A DNA stretch of 53,752 bases from Candidatus Parcubacteria bacterium (GTDB lineage: Bacteria > Patescibacteriota > Minisyncoccia > JAHIHE01 > JAGLIN01): positions 1 through 53,752 of the forward strand of contig JAGLXN010000008.1 of assembly GCA_023132875.1 (NCBI GenBank), given 5' to 3'. Of this stretch, positions 46,437 to 53,752 are shown one piece after another. A program made the translations under genes and the position numbers. Position 1 is the first letter of the stretch, and each line of letters begins with the position of its first letter. The notes beneath the pieces are model-generated. The model was given only the letters and a program-made list of their open reading frames with translations. It ran no database searches and had not been told where the DNA came from.

Positions 46437-47531
46437 TCATTTCCCACGCCTTGAAATACTCAACAAAACACCTGCTCCTACTAGCGAGGTTATTAATGCT
46501 GATCCGCCATAGCTAATGAATGGTAGGGGTATTCCGGTCAAGGGAATTAGCGATGTAATAGCAGCCATATTAATTAACGCCTGAAAAGTAATCCAAGAAG
46601 TAATCCCGACAGCAACAAATTTTCCAAAATTATCAGGCGCCTTGCTTGCAATTTTAAATCCTTTCAAAGCAAAAATAAAAAATAAGGCCATAAGAATAAA
46701 CAATCCAATTATGCCAAGCTCTTCTCCTGTAATGGCAAAGATTGAATCGCCTATCGGTTCTGGAAGATAATTGAATTTTTGTCTGCTACGCCCAAACCCG
46801 AGACCTAAAATTCCACCTGAACCAAGCGCCAGCAGAGCTTGGTTTATTTGATATCCAATCCCTTGAGGATCAATTTCAGGATGCATAAATACCATAAATC
46901 TATTCATACGATATGGCGCAATTTGCACCAATAAAAATAATCCGGCAAGACCTCCCGCGACGAGAGCAAAAATATGGCTTATTTTCGTGCCTGATGCAAA
47001 ATACATAATCACAGCCGTTAGAACAATAATACTAAGAGTGCCAACATCAGGCTGCATTATTAACGGAATAGCTATAATTAAAACCACAACAATAAAAGGA
47101 ATTAGTAAATTTGAAAAGTCTTTTGCATTTTTCTTATTTTTCTCAAGCCAAGCGGCAAGATATAAAATAAAAGTCAGTTTGATAAATTCTGAAGGCTGAA
47201 AGCTTATGCCTGCAATATCTATCCATCTGTTAGCCCCCTTTAGTCCGAATCCCAAGCCGGGAATAAAAACTACCAATAAAAGAATTAATGTGATAATTAA
47301 AAAAAACAAGGCATGCTTTTTAAATAACCTATAATCAGTCTTTTGAATAAAAAATAAAAGAATAATTCCTGGCAAAAACCCGTATAGAAATTGATGAAAT
47401 AAATAATAATGATTATATCCAAAATTGTTATAACTCATAACTACGCTCGCGCTTGAAATAATAATCAAACCGAAGATTGACAATAGTAAAACTGTGATTA
47501 ATAAAGTTTTATCACAACCATAAAATTTCAT
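46437..47531 (-). CDS. ftsW: Cell division peptidoglycan polymerase FtsW (SEDS)
   Basis: GANRWI, FQPSEFIK, QPDVGT, GYQINQAL.ALGSGG and PLTGIPLPFISYGGS motifs. Confidence 0.95.
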   Translation of the reverse strand: MKFYGCDKTLLITVLLLSIFGLIIISSASVVMSYNNFGYNHYYLFHQFLYGFLPGIILLFFIQKTDYRLFKKHALFFLIITLILLLVVFIPGLGFGLKGANRWIDIAGISFQPSEFIKLTFILYLAAWLEKNKKNAKDFSNLLIPFIVVVLIIAIPLIMQPDVGTLSIIVLTAVIMYFASGTKISHIFALVAGGLAGLFLLVQIAPYRMNRFMVFMHPEIDPQGIGYQINQALLALGSGGILGLGFGRSRQKFNYLPEPIGDSIFAITGEELGIIGLFILMALFFIFALKGFKIASKAPDNFGKFVAVGITSWITFQALINMAAITSLIPLTGIPLPFISYGGSALITSLVGAGVLLSISRRGK

Positions 47532-47632
47532 AGATTATATTGTTATATTGTTGTACTGTTATATTGTCCTATTGTTAAATTGTTAGATATTTTTATTTTA
47601 ACAATAGAGCAATAGAGCAATAGAGCAATTAA

Positions 47633-49039
47633 TTATATCTTTATCTTGATATTTTTTAACACAAGATGAATTATTCTGTCAAAACAAAATTTAAATTGCC
47701 GATCGTTTTTCATTATTCCATATCCAACTTGAATATTTGTATATTCCATATCAGAATTTATTAAGCTTCCTTTTTTTACAGTTTGAATTAAAAATTCATT
47801 TTCTTTTAAATCTTTCGCGTAATAAGTTTTCTCTTTTAAAATTAGTTTATCTTTCTTTATTTTGTAAATGCCGGAAGTCATAGATTTCACAATTTTAACG
47901 CGATTCTCATTGGTATTTCTTAAGATTAACTGTGAAAAATTGAAACTCTTCTCCTTGTTCCATTTTACAAAAGAAAAATCAAATGGCAATGGCTCTGATC
48001 TACAACTAATATCAAAAAACTCCGCTAAATGCAAAAACAAAAACGGCACTTGCTTTCTTTGGATTTGAAGTTTTGTAAAAACTGGAATTGAACCAACAAA
48101 ACGAGGATTAATTTCTATAAGATCAGCATTATCGCCACTAACAATAAAATCAAGACCAAAAATCCCCCTGTATCCTATTTTTTTCATATAACTGCCAACT
48201 TTTTTTGTATAATTAAATATTTTCTTTTTTTCTTTGCTTTTCAATTTTTCGCCATACATATAATCATTTCCGCAAGTTCCCAGTTCATTTTTGTTATAAT
48301 CAACTAATCCTGTAATTTGAAATATGGGCTGGCTTATGATTATACCAAGCTCTCCGACATGGACATTTACCGTATATGTATCGCCTTTAATATATTTTGA
48401 AATTTTAACTTTTCTTCCTTTATATTTTTTTATAATTTTATCTAAATCCGTTTTGTTCTTGATTAAAAAAGTAGAGTTTCCCGAATATCCTCGCTGGAGC
48501 TGAATGACATATTTTTCTTTCAAATTAAACAAACCCTGAAACTTTTCATTATTTTCAATCTTTTTTATCTCACTTTTCGCGTTTGGAATCCTAAGCTTTT
48601 TTGTTATTTTGACAAATTCAACTTTGTCTTCTAATTTCCTGTTTAATTCCCACTTATTGCCCAAATACTTAAAATCATTATTATTACATAATCTTGCAAT
48701 TTTTGGACTTGGCTTGAAAGTTATAATATCAGTCATTTTGCCTTTTGACTTCCTTTTTATATAACTCAAAACTTTTTTATCTCCCAAAAGCTTTCCAGAA
48801 TTTTTTATATTATCATCATCAAGACATAAAACTGAAACTTTTTCTTTTTCCAGATAATCTATAATATCAGTTCTTTGAGAACAAATTATATGATAATTTT
48901 TTACTTCTTTTTCAATCCCAACAGCACGATTAGGATTTGGAGTAACAAAAAATATAGGACCAGTTTGTTTGGTATTTAATAATTCTTTGATTTTTTTATA
49001 ATTATTGATCATTTTATAAATAATATTAAATATGAGCAT
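47633..49039 (-). CDS. ATP-grasp domain protein
   Basis: LEDKVEF, YVIQLQRGYSGNST, ISKYIKG and GYRGIFGLDFI..LIEINPRF ATP-grasp motifs. Confidence 0.8.
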   Translation of the reverse strand: MLIFNIIYKMINNYKKIKELLNTKQTGPIFFVTPNPNRAVGIEKEVKNYHIICSQRTDIIDYLEKEKVSVLCLDDDNIKNSGKLLGDKKVLSYIKRKSKGKMTDIITFKPSPKIARLCNNNDFKYLGNKWELNRKLEDKVEFVKITKKLRIPNAKSEIKKIENNEKFQGLFNLKEKYVIQLQRGYSGNSTFLIKNKTDLDKIIKKYKGRKVKISKYIKGDTYTVNVHVGELGIIISQPIFQITGLVDYNKNELGTCGNDYMYGEKLKSKEKKKIFNYTKKVGSYMKKIGYRGIFGLDFIVSGDNADLIEINPRFVGSIPVFTKLQIQRKQVPFLFLHLAEFFDISCRSEPLPFDFSFVKWNKEKSFNFSQLILRNTNENRVKIVKSMTSGIYKIKKDKLILKEKTYYAKDLKENEFLIQTVKKGSLINSDMEYTNIQVGYGIMKNDRQFKFCFDRIIHLVLKNIKIKI

Positions 49040-49071
49040 TTGGTATTGAGTATTGAGTATTGAGCTTGATA

Positions 49072-50163
49072 CTAAATATTAGATACTGAATACTGAATAC
49101 TAGATACTATTTCATCCACCTCACCAAAATTTTCTGCTTTATAAATTTTGCTCTCGTCGATTTTACCAACCTCAACTCTTGCTTTTCCAGAAAGAATACA
49201 AACAGCTCTATTAAATTTATTTTTTCTACTAGCTTTTATAATTCCAGCAAAACTCGCACAACCCTCTGAAGATGTATTTATGTTATTTTTTTCAAGTAAT
49301 TTTGTCGCTTCTTGAATTTCTCTATCAGTAACATAAATTCCTTTTCCTTCGCTTAATTTTATAAGTTCAATGATCTCATTTTTTCTTTTTGTATTTTTTG
49401 CGCCTAGCTTACCAGTGTTTGATTCTTGTTTTTGAATTTTTTCAAATTCAGATGCAATTGAAAATATCTTTCCACTCTGAACAGCAAATAGCTTTGGCAA
49501 CTTTTTAATTCCACCGCTTTCTAAAAGATATTTATATGCTCTGCCAATCCCAATAAATGAACTTCCGCTTGTTACGAAAGTAAAAATCGCGTCCATTTCT
49601 CCTAAATTCTCAAATATTTCAAATGCGATTGACTTAAATCCTTCTATTGATGAATTATTAATAGAGGGTCTTAGATTTTCTATTTTATATTTTGCTGTTA
49701 AATAATTCGCCAGCCGAATTGCTCGTTTTGATTTTATTATTATCGGATTATATTTTTGCATTTTAACGGTCTTTGCTTTTTCAGTTTCTGGAGATATAAA
49801 AATATACAATTTTATTTTCGCCTTCTGGCAATATGCAGCCGCCGCAATCCCTGCGTTCCCGGAAGTTGAGATCACTAGTTTATTTTTGTTATTCTGTTTC
49901 GCCAGTGAAACCTGATAAGCAAGACTCCTGTCTTTGAGTGATCCTGTAATATTTTCGTCTTCCCGCTTGAAATATAAATGATTTATATTTGGTAAATCAA
50001 CTTTAGCAACATTGTTTTGCAGGCGACACGTCGACGTGTCGCCTTCATTTGGGGAATCATTTAAACTTAACCTATTTTCCGACTTTATAAATTCATCATA
50101 AAGTTTAGCATATCGCCAAATGCCTTTTTCTTTTTTGTTGATTTTATTTTGAAAATTTGACAT
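49072..50163 (-). CDS. Fold-type II PLP enzyme (threonine-synthase-like)
   Basis: YFKREDENITGSLKDR (PLP Lys), STSGNAG, VTSGSSF and CILSG motifs; substrate unknown. Confidence 0.85.
   Translation of the reverse strand: MSNFQNKINKKEKGIWRYAKLYDEFIKSENRLSLNDSPNEGDTSTCRLQNNVAKVDLPNINHLYFKREDENITGSLKDRSLAYQVSLAKQNNKNKLVISTSGNAGIAAAAYCQKAKIKLYIFISPETEKAKTVKMQKYNPIIIKSKRAIRLANYLTAKYKIENLRPSINNSSIEGFKSIAFEIFENLGEMDAIFTFVTSGSSFIGIGRAYKYLLESGGIKKLPKLFAVQSGKIFSIASEFEKIQKQESNTGKLGAKNTKRKNEIIELIKLSEGKGIYVTDREIQEATKLLEKNNINTSSEGCASFAGIIKASRKNKFNRAVCILSGKARVEVGKIDESKIYKAENFGEVDEIVSSIQYSVSNI
50021..50044. repeat. 24-bp perfect palindrome in-frame in the PLP enzyme gene
   Basis: AGGCGACACGTCGACGTGTCGCCT, read as GDTSTCRL. 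Confidence 0.92.
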
Positions 50164-50211
50164 AAAAAATCATTTTAATATTTCAATATTTAAACAACTT
50201 AATCTGGGATA

Positions 50212-50239
50212 TTGCATAAATATAAAAATAAACTATAAT
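50212..50239 (+). promoter_or_regulatory. Sigma70-type promoter for the rod-shaped RNA and lysW-like gene
   Basis: TTGCAT-16 bp-TATAAT. Confidence 0.7.
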
Positions 50240-50240
50240 T

Positions 50241-50403
50241 TAAGGAGTTGGAGGTAAATAACATTTCATAATTTCGTCAGAATGTGCGCCAGATGTGCTT
50301 TAAAAAAGATGAGGAATAGCTAAGCTATGCTGAAACTTTTTTAAAGCGCAGATGACGTACAGGCTGGATGAAATTTGGAAGATTATTTACTTCCAACTCC
50401 TTA
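50241..50403 (+). ncRNA. Rod-shaped ncRNA, 6S RNA candidate
   Basis: 21-bp closing stem (50241-50261/50383-50403), internal bubble, 14-bp stem (50295-50308/50336-50349) and apical AUAGC-UAA-GCUAU; G-U wobbles favour the plus strand. Confidence 0.55.
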
Positions 50404-50429
50404 GTAAAGTTAATCATTAATCTAATACT

Positions 50430-50582
50430 ATGACAAATTGCCAAGAATGCAACACTCCAATTCCAATTGAGGAGGAAATACCGGATATAGGAGCTATATT
50501 GGTTTGCCCGTCCTGTGGCGCCGAACACGAAGTTATTGCGACAGATCCGATTGAATTGGAACTTATCGAAGAGGAAAAGTAA
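50430..50582 (+). CDS. LysW/AmCP-like zinc-ribbon carrier protein, 50 aa (not in ORF track)
   Basis: MTNCQECNTPIPIEEEIPDIGAILVCPSCGAEHEVIATDPIELELIEEEK: two CxxC pairs and an acidic tail like LysW, but ending EEEK instead of EDWGE. Confidence 0.85.
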   Translation: MTNCQECNTPIPIEEEIPDIGAILVCPSCGAEHEVIATDPIELELIEEEK

Positions 50583-50680
50583 GGATTACATTGCTCTATT
50601 GTTATATTGTTCTATTGTTATGCGTAGCACGGCAATTTAACAATGGAACAATGCGACAGTATGATGACGCAATAGTTTTA

Positions 50681-52246
50681 CTATTTCATCAATTTAACCC
50701 ATTCTCTTAAATCCTTATTAGTATTCTCTACATATTTTGAATAAAAATGCGCTGCGCCGGGAGAAATTAAAACAACACTACCTTTTGAAAGACCGGTTTT
50801 TTTATAATATTTTTTCAAAATTTTAATCGCCTCTTGGAAATTCTTTACTTTTATAAAATCTATTTTGTTCTTATTAATCAGCTTTCCAATTTCATCTGAA
50901 GCGTCACCGGGAAATAAAACCAGAAATTTTACTTTATCATTTATTTTCTCTACCAATTTTTGATAATCCATTCTTTTATTATCTCCGCCTGCCAATAAGA
51001 TTATATCTTTATCAAAAGATTCAAGTCCGGCGATTGCCGCTTCTGGAGTAGTTGCTTGCGTATCGTCATAATATTTTATTCCATCTATATTGTAAAGCAG
51101 TTTTAATCTATGTTTTGTGCCGGTATATTCTGATACGCCTTTTTTTATTATCCTCGGCTCTATGCCATAAAGATAAGCAACAGAAACAGCCGCTAAAACA
51201 TTTTCCAAATTATGTTTCCCCGGAATTTTTATATTGTCAATATTACAAATAGTAACAAACTCAGAAGCTAAGCGTCCTATAAAACGCTTAGCTTCTTTTA
51301 TTTTCATTACTATTTTCCCATCTTTTACAAAACATCCTTCTTTTAATTTTTCTTTTCTACTAAATAAAAATATTTTTGATTTTTGATTTTTGATTTTTGA
51401 TTCATTGGCTATTTTTCTTGTTTCTTGATTATCATAATTCAAAACCGTCCAATCCCCTTTCTTCTGATACCTGATTAAATTCTTTTTCGCCTCAATATAA
51501 TTTTCGAAACTTCCATGATCATCAATATGATTTGAAGTAATATTTGTTATTACTCCAATGCGCGGACTTATTCCTGAATTTAACAATAGTTGCGTGCTGC
51601 TTGTTTCCAAAATTAAAACATCATCTTTAGTCATCTCACTAAGCTTATCTAAAACCTGAACATTCTGACGATCATTGCCGGCAAAATAAACTTTAATTCC
51701 CCAACCCTCCTTATCAGGGGGAGAATTTAGCCCCCCTGATAAGGAGGGTTGGGGAGTTTCTGTCCAAGCCTCAAAAATATTATTAATCAATCTTACCGTT
51801 GTTGTCTTACCGTTCGTCCCTGTTACAGAAATTATTTTGCATGGCGCTAGTTCAAAATATAAATTGGTTATAGTTTTAAAAGGAACTCCGCTATCTTTAA
51901 GCTTTTCTAAAATCGGCATATTTTGCGGATATTTAAACCAAACTTGCGAAACAAAAACTATATCCGCCTCTTCAACGCCTTCCAGATAATGATCTTTAAA
52001 ATTTATTCTGATCGGCAAATTCAAAAGATGATTTAAGTCCTCTTCTTTTTTTTTGGATTTTAAACTTAAATGGGTATTATAGTAGACTTTTTTAAAATCC
52101 GCCTTAGGAGAAAAATCATGTCCTGTTATTGATGAAATTCCATTTGCAACCAAAAACTCCGCAACAGCGCTTCCCTCCGCCCCGCCAATTCCGACAATGT
52201 GGATGTTTTTGTTTTTGTATTGATTGAGTTTTTCTGATATTGACAT
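50681..52246 (-). CDS. murD: UDP-N-acetylmuramoyl-L-alanine--D-glutamate ligase
   Basis: VTGTNGKTTT, LETSSTQL, NITSNHIDDHG, PGKHNLEN, HRL and YYDDTQAT motifs. Confidence 0.88.
   Translation of the reverse strand: MSISEKLNQYKNKNIHIVGIGGAEGSAVAEFLVANGISSITGHDFSPKADFKKVYYNTHLSLKSKKKEEDLNHLLNLPIRINFKDHYLEGVEEADIVFVSQVWFKYPQNMPILEKLKDSGVPFKTITNLYFELAPCKIISVTGTNGKTTTVRLINNIFEAWTETPQPSLSGGLNSPPDKEGWGIKVYFAGNDRQNVQVLDKLSEMTKDDVLILETSSTQLLLNSGISPRIGVITNITSNHIDDHGSFENYIEAKKNLIRYQKKGDWTVLNYDNQETRKIANESKIKNQKSKIFLFSRKEKLKEGCFVKDGKIVMKIKEAKRFIGRLASEFVTICNIDNIKIPGKHNLENVLAAVSVAYLYGIEPRIIKKGVSEYTGTKHRLKLLYNIDGIKYYDDTQATTPEAAIAGLESFDKDIILLAGGDNKRMDYQKLVEKINDKVKFLVLFPGDASDEIGKLINKNKIDFIKVKNFQEAIKILKKYYKKTGLSKGSVVLISPGAAHFYSKYVENTNKDLREWVKLMK
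51699..51754. repeat. 56-bp palindrome in-frame in murD
   Basis: 23-bp perfect arms CCCCAACCCTCCTTATCAGGGGG/CCCCCTGATAAGGAGGGTTGGGG, within the peptide TPQPSLSGGLNSPPDKEGWG. Confidence 0.92.
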
Positions 52247-52252
52247 AATATA

Positions 52253-52534
52253 TTAAAATAATTGCTTTATACCAAAAAGAAGCAACCCAAGTACTCCCAA
52301 AAATATAAATATTATAATTAAAAATGAAAAAACTTTCTTTACAACAGAAATATACTTTTCGAATCTAAGTTGACCAATGGCATCCTTAATATTTTCCTCT
52401 AGTTCACTATCTGTCCACTCCTTAATAAAATACCAATCAGAACTTAAGGAATTTTTCCAATGTAATTGTAATTCAGTTTCTTTTTCTATATAGAGTTTTT
52501 CTTTTCTTTCTCTTGAAAGTTTTTGAATATTCAT
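52253..52534 (-). CDS. Small hypothetical membrane protein
   Basis: C-terminal hydrophobic helix; abuts murD. Confidence 0.7.
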   Translation of the reverse strand: MNIQKLSRERKEKLYIEKETELQLHWKNSLSSDWYFIKEWTDSELEENIKDAIGQLRFEKYISVVKKVFSFLIIIFIFLGVLGLLLFGIKQLF

Positions 52535-52568
52535 AGATTTATTAATAATTATTCAAAATAGTTAAATT

Positions 52569-52687
52569 TGTCATTCTGTCCACCAGCTAGCGGATTCAGA
52601 ATCTGTTATGTGATAAGTATTGTTCGTCTTTATTTCATAAAACTAGATGTAATAGACAGTAGATTCTGAACTAAATTCAGAATGACA
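52569..52687. repeat. GTCATTCTG MITE-like element
   Basis: Right end nearly identical to that of 33987-34096; left hairpin carries a CCACCAGCTAGCGG variant also seen at 4754-4788. Confidence 0.88.
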
Positions 52688-52728
52688 AGTTAGATATAAC
52701 TTTATGGACTTTTGACTTTATAAACTTT

Positions 52729-53715
52729 TTACTCTACAATCCTTCTCGCCTCCATAAAATCATAATTCTCAAAAACTTTTTTCAGACTTTGCCTGATGAC
52801 TTTTTTCTTTTCTAGTGAAGCGTGAATTAAGCTTATATTGTGCTCCGCCACAGTCTCCGATAGGAACTGCGGCGACTTTATAACTTCAACAATCCCCACA
52901 TGTTTATGCGTGTTGCTTTTCTTTATTAAAAACACCAAATCCCCTGTTTTTGTATTTTTTAAATTTACTTTTTTTCCCATTTCTTTCTGATCCCATGAAT
53001 GCTTTGGCAGAATTATATTCAAAGAATTTTTATACACAACTTGAACTAGTCCCGAACAATCAATCCCTTTCTTGGACTTTCCGCCAAGAATATATTTCGC
53101 ATCTAAATATTTTTTCGCCTCAGATGTTAGTTCCATAGTCCCTTTAGGGCTGTGGAACTTTCTTGCAATTCTTTTATTAGTAATATTTATTACTTTACCC
53201 TTAACTGCATAATTTCCGTTCTTCCATTTTTTATACAATTTTTTTTTCTTAACAACTACCTCTTTTCTACTTACCCACCCCAAAGTCAGATCATTTTGCT
53301 GAACTAATAATTGATCTTCGTTTTTATATAAAACGCGCAATATCTCGCCTTTAAACGCCTGCGAGCACCTGATTCTTTTCAGTATTCTTTGATTTATTAT
53401 TTTATCAGAAACAAATCTTAATTTCAAATCCGCGATTGGACTTTTTACAACCACCCAGCTAATTTCATTTCTCGCATGTCCATCGCTTAAAATTTTCAGA
53501 TTTTCCTTTCTGATTTTTATTTTCTTTTCCCTAAAAGCATTTAATATATGATCTCTCTGATTTTCAGTCAAGGCACTTCCCTTTATTTCAACACTGCTTT
53601 CAAAATTTTTAATATCAATATTAAAAACAGCAATTCCATATTTTTGCTGATATAACTTTCTTAAATTCTCTATAATACTATTTATTTTATCGTCATTGCC
53701 CATAAAGATAATCAA
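52729..53715 (-). CDS. NlpC/P60 (C40) cell-wall peptidase
   Basis: YILGG..GIDCSGLVQ.VY, HVGI and IHAS form the Cys-His-His triad. Confidence 0.9.
   Translation of the reverse strand: MIIFMGNDDKINSIIENLRKLYQQKYGIAVFNIDIKNFESSVEIKGSALTENQRDHILNAFREKKIKIRKENLKILSDGHARNEISWVVVKSPIADLKLRFVSDKIINQRILKRIRCSQAFKGEILRVLYKNEDQLLVQQNDLTLGWVSRKEVVVKKKKLYKKWKNGNYAVKGKVINITNKRIARKFHSPKGTMELTSEAKKYLDAKYILGGKSKKGIDCSGLVQVVYKNSLNIILPKHSWDQKEMGKKVNLKNTKTGDLVFLIKKSNTHKHVGIVEVIKSPQFLSETVAEHNISLIHASLEKKKVIRQSLKKVFENYDFMEARRIVE
53130..53158. repeat. 29-bp palindrome in-frame in the NlpC/P60 gene
   Basis: GTTCCATAGTCCCTTTAGGGCTGTGGAAC, encoding FHSPKGTME; intergenic twin at 6839-6867. Confidence 0.85.
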
Positions 53716-53752
53716 ATAATTAGATTTCGCGCATTTCAGGAGCTTAGCTCCG

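Noticed and set aside
49072-50163. Naming the PLP enzyme thrC
   Set aside because: The family is clear, but there are no thrA/thrB neighbours and the context is cell-wall synthesis; substrate unsupported.
50241-50403. Lysine riboswitch or SRP RNA upstream of the lysW-like gene
   Set aside because: It folds as an unbranched rod, lacking the L-box five-way junction motifs and the SRP CAGG..GNRA..AGCA motif.
50325-50528. 67-aa minus-strand ORF
   Set aside because: Antisense to the lysW-like gene and rod RNA, which have far better support.
2983-51402. Tandem arrays and recurring palindromes as possible CRISPR repeats
   Set aside because: No regular repeat-spacer periodicity and no cas genes; the units are 7-8 bp or dispersed.
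439-52950. Dozens of short plus-strand ORFs in the track (e.g. 957-1187, 5757-6173, 11290-11640, 31615-31995, 35160-35567)
   Set aside because: They are antisense shadows of well-supported minus-strand genes and carry no motifs.
53735-53752. GGAGCTTAGCTCC palindrome at the window edge
   Set aside because: Possibly truncated by the window boundary; cannot be assigned.

Overview
AT-rich bacterial chromosomal segment with almost every gene on the minus strand. Gene content points to a Patescibacteria (CPR)-type genome, by inference: a VirD4/HerA-like ATPase with its membrane partner, a sigma70-r4/HARE-HTH protein, a short beta-carbonic anhydrase and a LysW-like protein ending EEEK. In coordinate order the window holds: (1) a histidine phosphatase, an unknown protein and a stand-alone PEP-utiliser swivel domain; (2) a fermentation/redox cluster (gpmI, eno, pgk, gap, fba, tpiA, rubrerythrin, carbonic anhydrase, ECF S component, [FeFe]-hydrogenase HydA with a minimal NuoF-like subunit, trxB, ferredoxin, trxA); (3) a flavoprotein and a cysteine synthase preceded by an unannotated poly-Cys leader peptide with a terminator/antiterminator; (4) the ATPase/partner/HTH trio; (5) an accessory block of two surface proteins plus a Shedu (SduA) nuclease preceded by a structured RNA leader; (6) secF-secD-secA, hpf and an MFS gene; (7) a cell-wall cluster (murB, ABC exporter, murC, murG, ftsW, murD, NlpC/P60) interrupted by an ATP-grasp and a PLP enzyme, with a divergent 6S-like RNA and lysW-like gene. 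The window is dense in short GC-rich palindromes and 7/8-bp tandem arrays, many inserted in-frame in essential genes and some nested inside each other. No rRNA, tRNA, CRISPR array or transposase was recognised. All calls come from reading motifs by eye; no searches or folding programs were run.
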